From positions 121,685 to 185,684 of the forward strand of contig CAVZLD010000005.1 in NCBI GenBank assembly GCA_963776055.1: DNA of 64,000 bases. The letters run 5' to 3'. Under the pieces are notes generated by a model. It did no database searches, was not told the origin of the DNA, and saw only the letters and a program-made list of their open reading frames with translations. Source of the DNA: an uncultured Planctomycetaceae bacterium. Its GTDB lineage: Bacteria > Planctomycetota > Planctomycetia > Pirellulales > Pirellulaceae. The translations under genes and the position numbers were made by a program. Every line of letters begins with the position of its first letter. The first letter of the stretch is position 1. This document shows positions 41,377 to 52,174 of the stretch, one piece after another.

Positions 41377-44232
41377 ATGAGTCCGCAGACCTCGCTTGGG
41401 ATCGATCACGCCCCGTCGCTGAACGGGTCCATTCACGTCCGCGGGGCGTGCATGCACAACCTGAAGGACCTCAGCCTGGATATTCCCCGGGATCACTTCG
41501 TGGTGATCACCGGCCCCAGCGGGTCGGGCAAGAGCACGTTGGCTTTCGACACGCTCTTTGCGGAAGGGCAGCGGCAGTATGTCGAGAGTCTTTCGGTCTA
41601 TGCGCGACAGTTCCTGGACCAGCTCCAGCGGCCGGAAGTCGACCTGATCGAGGGCCTGCAGCCGACGATCTGCATCGATCAGCGAGCGGCCTTGCTGAAC
41701 CGCCGCAGCACGGTCGCCACGGTGACCGAGATTTACGACTATCTCCGCTTGCTGATGGCGCGACTCGGCCAACCGCACTGCTACCGCTGCGGACAGGAGA
41801 TCCGACAACAGTCGGTCGAACAGATCCAGGACCGGGTACTGGGTCTGCCGGAGGGCACCAAAGCGATGATCATGGCCCCGATGGTGCGGGGCCGGAAGGG
41901 CAGCCACAAGGAGGTCTTTGCCCGAATTCGCAAGGCCGGCTTCGTCCGGGCCCGAATTGACGGAGCGGTCGTCGACCTGGAGGAGATTCCGACCCTCTCG
42001 CCCCGGCGAAACCACCATATCGACGCGGTCGTCGACCGCGTGATCATCCGCCGCGGTGTGCGTGCTCGCGTCGGAGAATCGATCCGCCTGGCCGTGCAAC
42101 ACGGCGATGGCCTGGCGGTCGTCTGCTACCTGACACCGGAACAGGAGTCGCGGGAAGGCACGCGCACCCAATGGCCCAATGAACTGTTCAGCGTCAAATA
42201 TGCCTGCCCCGACTGCAATCTGAGCTACGAGGAGTTGGAACCGCGGACTTTCAGCTTCAACAGCCCCTACGGTGCCTGCCCGGTCTGTGAGGGGCTGGGG
42301 ACGATGGAGGAATTCGATCCTGAGCTGGTGGTCCCCGACTTGACGCTGAGCATTGACGGCGGGGCGATCGAGCCCTGGAAGGTGCTGACCGCCAAAGTGA
42401 TCCGCCAGCAGCAGGAAATCCTCGGCGCGTTCTTGGAAGCACGTGGCGCTTCGCTCCAGCTCCCGTTGGCGGAGTTGAAGGACACCGTCCGGCAGCAGCT
42501 GATTCACGGCGACGAACGGGATTTTCGCGGGCTATTGATGCTCTTGGAAAAGGAGCTGTCGACAACCACCAGCCAGAAACGAATCGCCGCCCTGCAGCGC
42601 TTCCGCGGAATCGTCACCTGCCAAGCCTGTCAGGGCGCACGCTTGCGGCCCGAGGCCACCAACGTCCGACTGCACGAGAAGGCGATCCATGAAATCGTGG
42701 GTCTGCCCATTCAGTCAGCGCAGGCCTTCTTCCGCGAACTGCAGCAGGTGGCCCCCAAGCCGGAGATCGCTCGCCCACTGATCCGAGAAATCGACCATCG
42801 CCTGCAGTTCCTCGATAAGGTGGGAGTCGGCTACCTGACCCTCGATCGCCCCGCCGATTCGCTCAGCGGCGGCGAGCTGCAGCGTGTGCGCTTGGCCACA
42901 AGCATCGGATCCGGTCTGGTCGGTGTCTGCTATATCCTGGACGAGCCGTCCATCGGTCTCCACCATCGCGACAACGAGCGGCTGATCGGGGCGCTACGCG
43001 ACCTGCAGCAACTGGGCAATACCGTCCTGGTCGTGGAGCATGACGAAACGATGATGCGCCAAGCCGATCAGCTGATCGACATGGGGCCAGGAGCGGGTGG
43101 CGAGGGAGGCCACGTGGTGGCCCAAGGGTCACCGCACGAGATCAGTCGCGGCACCTCCATCACCGGCCTGTACCTCTCCGGGCGGGAAACGATTCAAGTA
43201 CCCGCGAAACGCCGTCGGATCGCCAAGAGCCGATCGATCGTGCTGCAGGGCGCGGAAACCAACAACCTGAAGAACATTGAAGTGCAATTCCCACTCGGTG
43301 CCCTGGTCTGCGTCACGGGCGTCAGCGGTTCGGGCAAGAGCTCCCTGGTCAACGAAACGTTCGCGCCCGCCCTGCTGCGCCGCCTGGGAGGCACCGCTCC
43401 TCGTCCTGGTCGCCACAGCAGCCTCCGCGGCGCATCCCAAATCGACAAGGTTCTGCAGATCGACCAGTCGCCGATCGGCCGCACTCCCCGCAGCAATCCG
43501 GCAACCTACACCGGCGTCTTCGACGAAATTCGAAAGATCTTCGCGGGAACGCGCGAGGCCAAGCAGCGTGGATTCGGCGTCGGTCGATTCAGCTTCAATG
43601 TCAAGGGCGGCCGCTGTGAAGCCTGTCAGGGCCAAGGCGTGCAAAAAATCGAAATGAGTTTCTTGCCCGACCTGTACGTGGCCTGTGACGAATGTCGGGG
43701 AGCACGCTTCAATCGACAGACCCTCCGCGTTCGCTACCGCAGCCGATCGATCGCCGACATCCTGGACATGAGCGTCGCCGACGCAATTCAGTTCTTCGAG
43801 AACTTCGTCACCACATCCCGTCTACTGCAGACGCTCGCGGACGTCGGACTCGGATACCTCCCGCTCGGTCAACCGTCGACCACGCTGTCGGGCGGGGAGG
43901 CGCAACGAGTGAAACTGGCTACCGAGTTCGCGCGCGTCGACACGGGCCGCACATTGTACCTGCTCGACGAACCCACCACGGGCCTGCATTTCGTGGATAT
44001 CCAACGGCTGTTGGGCGTGCTGAATCGATTGGTCGATAAGGGAAACACCGTCGTCGTGATCGAGCACAACTTGGATATTATCAAGTCCTGCGACTGGGTC
44101 ATCGACCTGGGACCCGAAGGCGGGGAAGCAGGCGGGCAGGTGGTCGCCTGCGGCACCCCCGAACAGATCGCCACCGTCGGCGATAGCTTCACCGGCCAAG
44201 CTCTCCGGGCCGTACTGGAAGCGGCCGCCTAA
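41377..44232 (+). CDS. uvrA: Excinuclease ABC subunit A
   Basis: Two ABC ATPase modules are present (GPSGSGKSTLAFD; GVSGSGKSSLVNE). The zinc fingers read CPDCNLSYEE...CPVCEGLG and CEACQGQG. The signature LSGGE occurs twice. An alternative ATG lies at 41362. Confidence 0.95.
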   Translation: MSPQTSLGIDHAPSLNGSIHVRGACMHNLKDLSLDIPRDHFVVITGPSGSGKSTLAFDTLFAEGQRQYVESLSVYARQFLDQLQRPEVDLIEGLQPTICIDQRAALLNRRSTVATVTEIYDYLRLLMARLGQPHCYRCGQEIRQQSVEQIQDRVLGLPEGTKAMIMAPMVRGRKGSHKEVFARIRKAGFVRARIDGAVVDLEEIPTLSPRRNHHIDAVVDRVIIRRGVRARVGESIRLAVQHGDGLAVVCYLTPEQESREGTRTQWPNELFSVKYACPDCNLSYEELEPRTFSFNSPYGACPVCEGLGTMEEFDPELVVPDLTLSIDGGAIEPWKVLTAKVIRQQQEILGAFLEARGASLQLPLAELKDTVRQQLIHGDERDFRGLLMLLEKELSTTTSQKRIAALQRFRGIVTCQACQGARLRPEATNVRLHEKAIHEIVGLPIQSAQAFFRELQQVAPKPEIARPLIREIDHRLQFLDKVGVGYLTLDRPADSLSGGELQRVRLATSIGSGLVGVCYILDEPSIGLHHRDNERLIGALRDLQQLGNTVLVVEHDETMMRQADQLIDMGPGAGGEGGHVVAQGSPHEISRGTSITGLYLSGRETIQVPAKRRRIAKSRSIVLQGAETNNLKNIEVQFPLGALVCVTGVSGSGKSSLVNETFAPALLRRLGGTAPRPGRHSSLRGASQIDKVLQIDQSPIGRTPRSNPATYTGVFDEIRKIFAGTREAKQRGFGVGRFSFNVKGGRCEACQGQGVQKIEMSFLPDLYVACDECRGARFNRQTLRVRYRSRSIADILDMSVADAIQFFENFVTTSRLLQTLADVGLGYLPLGQPSTTLSGGEAQRVKLATEFARVDTGRTLYLLDEPTTGLHFVDIQRLLGVLNRLVDKGNTVVVIEHNLDIIKSCDWVIDLGPEGGEAGGQVVACGTPEQIATVGDSFTGQALRAVLEAAA

Positions 44233-44536
44233 GCAAGCCCTCCGTCCAGCGCAGCGTCGGAACTACCACCCCATGTGATTTGGCAACGCCCGGAATGCTA
44301 CGCAATGGACTGCTGCGTCAAGAAGAGGAACGGAGGACGCCACCGGGTTGGCGATGTTGGCCCTGACTGCCAGATCAACTCGGACACGGGCGAAGCCGAC
44401 TGCTGAGCCCTTTTTTCGACGAACTCTCGGCTCGGCGGTGGCCCCACCCTCCCGTTTTCCATCGGACCCGGTACGAATCTTCGACCTGGGCCGGTAGAAT
44501 ACTGCGAGCTTCGTTCTTTTTGTCACGAGACGGTCC

Positions 44537-45223
44537 ATGTCCGAACAAACTGTGTCTGTAAAACGAGACATTCGCGCCGAGCAGCGTGCCGCGGCGGAGC
44601 GATTTCGTCTGGAAATGGCTCGCCAGGGAACGCTGGTCGTGCGGCTGCTTTCTTCACCTGGTGCCGGCAAAACCACGTTACTGCAGAAAACCGCTCAGCG
44701 CCTCGGGGAACAGTTCCAGGTCGGAGTGCTGGTCGGCGACGTCGAAACGAACCGGGACGCCGAGCGTCTGGCACCGTATGCCCCCAGCGTGCAGATCACG
44801 ACGGGGGGGGCCTGTCACTTGGAGTTGCCGTTGATCGAACGGGCCTTACCGGATCTGGGAGGGAAGAAGCTCGACTTCCTGTTCATCGAAGATATTGGCA
44901 ATTTGATCTGTCCCGCCTCGCACGAGCTGGGCGAGCACGTTCGGGTGATTTTGCTGAGCACGACCGAGGGCGATGACAAGCCGGGCAAGTACCCCAAGGC
45001 TTTTCGCACAAGCCAGGTCACGTTGATCAGCAAGACGGACCTGTTGCCCCATGTGCCGTTTTCCGTCGAACAGGCGGAAGCGGACGTTCGCCAAGTTCAG
45101 CCCGACATGACGATCCTCCGATTGTGCTCGCTGAACGACGAAGGAATGGAGGCCTGGTACCAGCTGTTGATCGATCGGCGGTCGGCGCTTTCATCGGCGG
45201 CCTCTCACGGCGATCCGGCGTGA
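44537..45223 (+). CDS. hypB: Hydrogenase nickel-incorporation GTPase HypB
   Basis: The G1 motif SSPGAGKTTLLQK is present. Other matches are the GACHLEL region, the ENVGNL-like IEDIGNLICP, and the SKTDLL G4. An N-terminal CxxCGC/His-rich metal site is absent. Confidence 0.85.
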   Translation: MSEQTVSVKRDIRAEQRAAAERFRLEMARQGTLVVRLLSSPGAGKTTLLQKTAQRLGEQFQVGVLVGDVETNRDAERLAPYAPSVQITTGGACHLELPLIERALPDLGGKKLDFLFIEDIGNLICPASHELGEHVRVILLSTTEGDDKPGKYPKAFRTSQVTLISKTDLLPHVPFSVEQAEADVRQVQPDMTILRLCSLNDEGMEAWYQLLIDRRSALSSAASHGDPA

Positions 45224-45314
45224 AGAAAGTGCCGTCGGTCGAGTGAATGAGACGAAGCGGTCGTGTAGCGTATCCGCGACACGAGCCCCGTTCTGTTGTG
45301 TCCTCTTTGAGATC

Positions 45315-47608
45315 ATGTTGATGCCGGCAGCGAACAAAATGCGCCCCGCCGATCCGCGAACCGCCCGGCGACTGATTCTCAAGGGAAACGTGCAGGGTCT
45401 GGGCGTCCGGCCCGTCCTGTTCCGGCTGGCCACGCGATTAGGGCTGGGCGGACGCGTACAAAATACGGCGCGGGGAGTCGAGGTCGAACTGGAGGGGGCG
45501 CAGGCCGCGCTCGAAGAGTTCATCGAGCAGTTACCGCAGCAACTGCCCTCGGCGGCGCGGCTGCAGAAAATGGAAGTCCTACCCGGTTCGCTGCGCGGAA
45601 CGCAAACCTTCACAATCTGTCACGAGCCCTCGGACGGACCGCTCGGCGCCGGGGTTCCACCCGACTATGTCGTCTGTTCCTCCTGCCAAGCCGAGTTGGC
45701 GGACTCCGCCGATCGTCGCTTTCGCTACCCATTTACCAGCTGCACGCTCTGCGGACCACGCTACACGATCATCGAATCGATGCCGTACGAGCGTGTCGAC
45801 ACGTCGATGGCGGACTTCGCCTTTTGTGATCCCTGCCGCCATGAATACGAGCGGCCGGGCGAGAGACGGTTCCACGCGCAGACGAACGCTTGTCCGCGCT
45901 GTGGTCCCGTAATCTGGAGTGTCGATGCTCAGGGACATGCGTGCGGGCGGGGCGAGGAGGCCTTGCAGGCCGCCTTGCAGACATTGCGCGTTGGAAAGAT
46001 CGTCGCGCTCCGAGGGATCGGAGGCTACCAGTTGTTGGTAGATGCCACTGACGAAGCGGCCGTCCGTCGATTGCGCGAACGCAAGGGGCGTCGAGCGAAG
46101 CCGCTGGCGGTCCTGGTCGATAGTCTGCCGACCGCGGCCCAACTGGCCTTTTTGGATTCTGCTGCACAGACCGCGCTGACCAGCCTGGCGAACCCGATCG
46201 TGGTCTGCCCGTGCGCGAGCGCAGCGGGCTGGCCGCCGCCGTTCACCCGGATCTGGACCGAGTGGGGCTGATGCTGCCGTCCACGCCGTTGCACACTCTG
46301 CTGGCGCAAGATTTCCGACAGCCGCTAATCTGCACCAGCGGCAACCGGGAAGGGGAACCGCTGGAGTTTGCCGTCGAGCGTGCCGAGCAACAGTTGCACG
46401 GAATCGCGGACCTGTGGCTGCACCATGATCGGGAGATCGTGCGGCCGATCGACGATAGCGTTGTGCAGATCATCGCGCAGCAACCGGTGACGATTCGCCT
46501 GGCACGCGGATTGGCCCCGCTGCCACTTGACCTGCCCGCTCCACCACCCTCACTGGCGCTGGGAGGCCATCTGAAATGCGCCGCAGCCTGGTCCAATGGT
46601 GTGCAGGCGGTGCTAGGGCCGCATGTCGGCGATCAGCAGAACCTGCCCGAGCGCGAGCGACTACTGCAGCAGATCCAGCAGTGGACGCGTTTGTATCGCT
46701 TTCAGCCAGAGCGTTTGATCCACGATTTGCATCCCGACTACTTCACGACTCGCTGGGCAGCGGAACAACCTGTTCCACAACAGGCGGTGCAGCACCATCA
46801 CGCTCACATTCTCGCCGGGATGCTCGAGCGCGGTTGGCTCGATCAAACCGTATTGGGTGTCGCTTGGGACGGGACCGGGTATGGCCCGGACGGAACAGTC
46901 TGGGGTGGCGAGTTCCTGATCGCGCGGGCCGGCAGCTTTCGACGAATGGCCCATCTGCGCCCGTTCCGCCTTCCGGGCGGCGAAGCAGCGATCCTGCAAC
47001 CGTGGCGGTGCTGCCTGGCCGTTCTGGACGATGCGATCGGTCCGGAAGCGGCCGAACGGTTCCTGCCGGCTACGGTGAGTGTCTCGCAGCGCAACCTGCT
47101 GCGCCAGATCGTCGCGCATCCGGAACTTTCACCCGTGACGACCAGTGCCGGACGACTCTTCGATGTCGTCGCTGTCCTTTGTCTGGGATTGGACCAGGCG
47201 GCATACGACGGGCAACTGGCAATGCGTCTGGAGTCGATTTCCGATCCCACAGTGGAAGGACGCTACCCACTCGATCTGATACCCGGTCCGGTATCTCAGT
47301 TGGATTGGCGCCCCTGCGTGCGCGAACTGTGCGCGGATCTCCGCCGCGGTGCACCGCCGGGCGCGGTGGCGATGCGCTTTCATCGGACGATGGCGGCGGG
47401 TATCGTCGAAGTCTGCCGACAGCGTGACAACCTGCCGGTCGTCCTGTCGGGAGGCGTATTTCAGAACCGTGTACTTACGGAACAGTTAGTCGAGATGTAT
47501 TCCGAAAGCCGACAGCCGGTCGCCTGGCCAGGGGTCATTCCTCCAGGCGACGGCGGTCTGGCCGCCGGTCAATTGGCCGCAACCATTGCCGAGGAGGAAA
47601 CCGCCTGA
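45315..47608 (+). CDS. hypF: [NiFe]-hydrogenase maturation carbamoyltransferase HypF (frameshift near 46210-46270)
   Basis: The acylphosphatase domain reads KGNVQGLGVRPVLFRLA. The two zinc fingers read CSSCQAEL...CTLCGPRYT and CDPCRHEY..CPRCGP. YrdC-like and Kae1-like domains continue in the 46211-47608 frame. Confidence 0.85.
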
Positions 47609-47862
47609 TGTGTCTGGCAGTCCCTGGTCAAGTCGTGGAGTGGCTCCACCGTGAGCCCCCGTTTTCTACTGCTGCGGTGGAGTTCGCCGGGATTCGGCGA
47701 AAAGTCAGTATGGAATGCGTTCCGGAAGCTGCCATCGGCGACTATGTGCTAGTGCATGCCGGGATTGCGATCAGTCGCATCGATGCCGATGAAGCGGCAC
47801 AAGTCCTGGCAACACTCCAGCAACTCGAACTCGATTCCGAGGAAGAGGGCGAGACAACATGA
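47608..47862 (+). CDS. hypC: Hydrogenase assembly chaperone HypC/HupF
   Basis: The N-terminus MCLAVPGQVVEW is the conserved MCLAIP start. It is 84 aa, and its start overlaps the hypF stop. Confidence 0.85.
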   Translation: MCLAVPGQVVEWLHREPPFSTAAVEFAGIRRKVSMECVPEAAIGDYVLVHAGIAISRIDADEAAQVLATLQQLELDSEEEGETT

Positions 47863-48953
47863 AGTATGTGGAAGAGTTTCGCGATCCGGAAATCTGCCGC
47901 AACCTGGTGTCCGAGATTCGTCGAACTGTCACCCAGCCCTGGACGATCATGGAGGTCTGCGGCGGGCAGACACATGGCTTGCTGCGCTACGGGATCGACC
48001 AGGAATTAGAAGAGGTCGTGACGTTGATTCACGGCCCCGGCTGCCCCGTCTGTGTTACTCCGCTGGAAGCGATCGATTTGGCGATCGAACTGGCGGAGCG
48101 ACCCGGAGTAACGATGACCAGTTTCGGAGACATGCTGCGCGTACCGGGTAGCCGAGCCAGTCTGTTGCAGGCCCGCGCTCGCGGCGGGGATGTGCGGATT
48201 GTCTATTCTCCGTTGGATGCCGTGCAGCTTGCCGCCGAGAACCCCGAAGAACAATTCGTGTTCTTTGCCGTCGGCTTCGAGACGACAACACCGGTCACCG
48301 CCTTGACCGTCCACCAGGCGCGGAAGTTGGGCCTCGCGAATTTTTCGCTGCTCGTGTCGCACGTGCGCGTTCAACCTGCGATGGAGATGTTGGCGTCCAG
48401 CCCCGACAGCGTGGTCCAAGGGTTTCTCGCCGCCGGACACGTTTGTGCAGTGGCCGGATACGAGACCTATCGCGATTTCGTCGACCGCTATCGGTTGCCG
48501 GTGGTCGTGACCGGGTTTGAGCCGGTTGACTTGCTCTCCGGGATTCTCGAATGTGTGCAGTTACTGGAACGGGGCGAAGCAGAAGTGCTGAATCGCTATC
48601 AGAGAAGTGTCTCCATTGAGGGAAACAGGCACGCACTGCAAATGGTCGACGAGGTGTACGAAATCTGTGACCGACCTTGGCGCGGACTGGGTGTCGTTCC
48701 GCGCGGCGGACTGGCGCTGCGCGATTCGTGGGCGGAATTTGATGCCTTGCGCCGGTTTCCTCCCGCCTCACTGCCTGTCGTCCACTCGACCGACTGTCGC
48801 AGCGGCGACGTGCTGACCGGCAAGATCAAGCCAACCGAATGCGAGCATTTTGGGGGCCGCTGCACGCCCGAAAATCCGCTGGGAGCACCGATGGTTTCCG
48901 CCGAGGGGGCTTGTGCGGCCTACTACCGCTACGCTGCTCCACGCGTAGGATAG
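47859..48953 (+). CDS. hypD: Hydrogenase maturation factor HypD
   Basis: CGGQTH, GPGCPVCVTP and FETT are diagnostic HypD motifs, and the C-terminal CxxC pair is present. It overlaps hypC by 4 nt. Confidence 0.9.
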   Translation: MKYVEEFRDPEICRNLVSEIRRTVTQPWTIMEVCGGQTHGLLRYGIDQELEEVVTLIHGPGCPVCVTPLEAIDLAIELAERPGVTMTSFGDMLRVPGSRASLLQARARGGDVRIVYSPLDAVQLAAENPEEQFVFFAVGFETTTPVTALTVHQARKLGLANFSLLVSHVRVQPAMEMLASSPDSVVQGFLAAGHVCAVAGYETYRDFVDRYRLPVVVTGFEPVDLLSGILECVQLLERGEAEVLNRYQRSVSIEGNRHALQMVDEVYEICDRPWRGLGVVPRGGLALRDSWAEFDALRRFPPASLPVVHSTDCRSGDVLTGKIKPTECEHFGGRCTPENPLGAPMVSAEGACAAYYRYAAPRVG

Positions 48954-49011
48954 ACCTCTTCCGCGCGGAGGAGGAGAGACCCTCACCAACCGAAGCGCGT
49001 GGCCCAGGAGA

Positions 49012-50072
49012 ATGACTGTGACGAGCCATCCCCCGAATCTGACCTGCCCCGTCCCCGACTCCGGGGAAGGGGAAACGATCACGCTGGCGCACGGAGAAGG
49101 CGGACGGTTGATGCGCCGGCTGATTCGGCAACGGCTGCTGCCGGCGGTCGAGAATGAATTCCTCGGATGCCTGGGGGACGCGGCGCAGTTGCCCGAGTTG
49201 CAGGGACCGCTGGCGATGACCACCGATAGCTTCGTCGTGGCCCCGTTGTTCTTCCCGGGTGGTGACATTGGATCGCTGGCCGTGTATGGAACCGTCAATG
49301 ACCTGGCGGTCGCGGGAGCCCTACCGCAGTGGATCACGCTGGCACTGATCCTCGAAGAAGGACTACCCATCGAACGGCTGCAACGGGTGATGGACAGCAT
49401 CGCCGCGGCGGTGCGACGAGTGGGCGTGCAAGTCGTGACCGGCGACACGAAGGTGGTACCTCGGGGAGCGGCCGACCAGGTGTTCATCAATACGGCCGGC
49501 GTCGGACGGCTGGCGTCGCCGATTCCACCCGGCCCGGCGGCGCTGCAGGAAGGAGATCAGATTCTCGTCAGCGGTCCGATCGGCCGGCACGGGATGGCGG
49601 TGATGGCCTGTCGGGAAGGGCTGCAATTTGATCCGCCACCCACCAGCGATTGTGCCCCGCTCGTCGACGCCGTGGCTGCCTTGCGGCGAGCCGAAATCCC
49701 GGTCCGCGCGATGCGCGATGCGACCCGCGGCGGCCTGGGGGCCGTCATGCACGAATGGGCCGAATCGAGCGGCAAGACACTGGCTCTCGAAGAAACACAG
49801 ATCCCGCTGACCGAAGAAGTCCGTGGTGCTTGCGAACTGCTGGGACTGGATCCGGTTCACGTTGCCAATGAAGGAACCATGGTTTTGGCGGTTCCTTCCG
49901 ACTGCGCCGAGCAAGCCTTGTCCGCCCTGCGGTCGGTGCCGGAATCGTCAGGGGCTGTGCGCGTGGGCGAGGTTCGGCGCAGCGACTGGCGCCGGTCGTC
50001 GTGCGCCGTGCTCTCGGACAAGAACTCGCCCTGGATGAACCCGTCGGCGCTCCCCTGCCACGCATCTGCTGA
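49012..50072 (+). CDS. hypE: Hydrogenase maturation factor HypE (C-terminal ~30 aa recovered in adjacent frame; apparent frameshift near 49975)
   Basis: The AIR-synthase-like fold reads TTDSFVV...GTVNDLAVAGA. The conserved C-terminal PRIC* is found in frame 0 ending at 50072 (..EPVGAPLPRIC), whereas the annotated frame runs on into low-complexity sequence. Confidence 0.85.
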
Positions 50073-50083
50073 CCCGCCGGAAG

Positions 50084-51488
50084 TCAATCACTCCGCCGAT
50101 AGGCGCCGTAATTCCGCATCGATAGCTGCTGCAGCAGTTCACTGTCGCGCCCCACGGCGATCGTATTGATGCTGATTTTGCGGAAGCGATTGTCGCGGGT
50201 GATCGAACGGACGATTTCTACGGGATCCGTGATTCGCCCCCGGCTGGGCAGTCCATCCGACAGCAAATAGATGGCCTCGGTCTCTCGATCGATTTTCAAA
50301 GCGGCGTCGAGCCCGTCGAACAGGGCAGTGCCACTTCCCGCCACAAGCGCATAGATGGTCTGTCGCGCCAGTTCTTTGTTCCGAGGCGACGCAGGAATCG
50401 ACTGGCGTTGCCAAAACTGCACCTGGTGGTCGAAGGCAATCAGATTAAAGGCCGCATGGATCGGTAGCCGTCCGACGGCGCCTTGCAGTTCGATTTTGGC
50501 TTGATCCAGACGCGTGCCACCGCCGCGAACATATTTGTTCATCGTGCTCGAAACATCAATCACAAACAGTACGCGTGTGCTGTAAACCTTGTAGTTGTAA
50601 AAGGTGGGCACCGGGTAGTCCCACGTGTAGTCACCCGTGGTCGCGACCTCTTCCGGCAAGGGTTGATAATCGCGACGATTGCTGTTCCACCACTGTTGCC
50701 AATGTTCCGAATTACCGCCGAACGGCAACCCGGTGTTGCGTGTCAAATGATCGACGACCAGAAACTTCAGCTGCCCTTGGAGTCGCGGCAATTGCGAAAT
50801 CAGCAGCCCGGTTGCTTCCCTGTTGTTCCATTGACTAATGGCATTCAGGACGGAGAAGCGGTAGGCATACGAAACGCGATATTCGGGGCGTTGGACAAGG
50901 TCTTGAATCGGTTTCAGCGCATCCGCTGCGTGCTGTTGCCCCAGCAGATCGGTTGCCATGATCGATACCCGAGGGTCGTCATGTTGGAGTAGCCGGATCA
51001 TCGCCTCGTGCACGCCGGGCGTGTCGCACAAGGTGAGTAGTTCCATCAGATCGAAGGTCCAATCCTGGATCTTCGCGGCCTCGGTTCCGTGGTGAAGCCA
51101 CCGCAGCAGCGCCGAGACAATCTCCGGTTGGTCGGTGTATCGACACAACTGGCCGATCATTTCGAAGGTAGATTTCGTGACCGTATCGGATTGAACGGCG
51201 ACGTCGACAGCGTCAATCAGCAACTTCGGCACACGGGGATGATCCGCATCGCGAGCAAATAATCGCCGCAAACCTCGCTGCCGTCCGCGATCGGATGGAC
51301 TGTTCAGCAGCTTGGCGTATTCCGACTCGGGAAAGTCCGTGGCCGTATCCGGCGTGCCGTCGTCGGCGACTTGCGTGGCGATCGGCCCGGTGCTGCCCGG
51401 GTTTGGCCGTGTCGGGCCATCGGCGGAGCGCGCAGACGGACAGGCAGCAGACATTCAGCAAGAAAGAAATCGTCAGAAGAAACCGCAT
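50084..51488 (-). CDS. Secreted von Willebrand factor A (vWA) domain protein with N-terminal helical-repeat region (signal peptide in adjacent frame; frameshift near 51450)
   Basis: The vWA/MIDAS region reads VLFVIDVSSTM...LSDGLPS and the C-terminal part continues IAVGRDSELL. The signal peptide MRFLLTISFLLNVCCLSVCA starts at 51488 in the neighbouring frame. Confidence 0.6.
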
Positions 51489-51568
51489 GGCATGTCTCCT
51501 GTACGTTAGGTTGTTGCCGAGCGCACTCGGGGCTTCACGATTGGGAAGGATGACTTGCCAGGCGGCGA

Positions 51569-52174
51569 TTATACCATCTGCCATTGGCGAACGGCTTCGA
51601 TTGGAAATAGCAGCATCAGAATGTTCAGCAGCAGGCTATCACGAATCCACAGCACGCTCACAATCTCCAGGGCGACAAAAAGGGCCAACGAGGCCTGCCA
51701 GGGCAGTCGGCGGGCGATCAGCACGCCGGCCAGGCAGGTTCCATAATCGCCAAGCGAATTGAGAATGCTGTCGCCATAGTAGTCCAGGGAGATCGTGACC
51801 TCTCGATACCGGTCAATCATCCAGTTCGTATTCTCCACCAGTTCCCAGGTCGCTTCCACCAACGCCACCAGCAACGTGCGAACGGAGTCGCCGAAGCGGG
51901 ATCCGAACAGAACGGTCAGCAGCAGGAAGAGCCCAATGCCGTGCTGGACGTGAGACAGCGAGTAGGGGTCCACGAGGTGTTGGGAATTGTGTTGGCTCCA
52001 CACATCCCAGGACCAGGGCCAAAGGTCACCGGCCTGACACCACCAGACGCGCCCCATGCCGGCCAGGGCGATGACGAGAAACATCGCCAGCGTCAACAGC
52101 CCAAGACACGTCCGCCGGGTGGTCCACCAGGCCTCGCGTGCGGAATCGGAAGAATGGTTGGGCATGAGAGGCAT
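51569..52174 (-). CDS. Integral membrane protein (DUF2585/UPF0314-like), 201 aa
   Basis: Five predicted TM helices are present, with conserved-looking WWC..AGDLWPWSWD..WSQHNSQHLVDPYS...EATWELVENT. The family name is from memory and is low confidence. Confidence 0.45.
   Translation of the reverse strand: MPLMPNHSSDSAREAWWTTRRTCLGLLTLAMFLVIALAGMGRVWWCQAGDLWPWSWDVWSQHNSQHLVDPYSLSHVQHGIGLFLLLTVLFGSRFGDSVRTLLVALVEATWELVENTNWMIDRYREVTISLDYYGDSILNSLGDYGTCLAGVLIARRLPWQASLALFVALEIVSVLWIRDSLLLNILMLLFPIEAVRQWQMV

Noticed and set aside
41329-42507. 392-aa minus-strand ORF, and the 279-aa plus-strand ORF at 41121-41960
   Set aside because: Both overlap uvrA and its start region. The real genes here are uvrA (+) and the dGTPase N-terminus (-).
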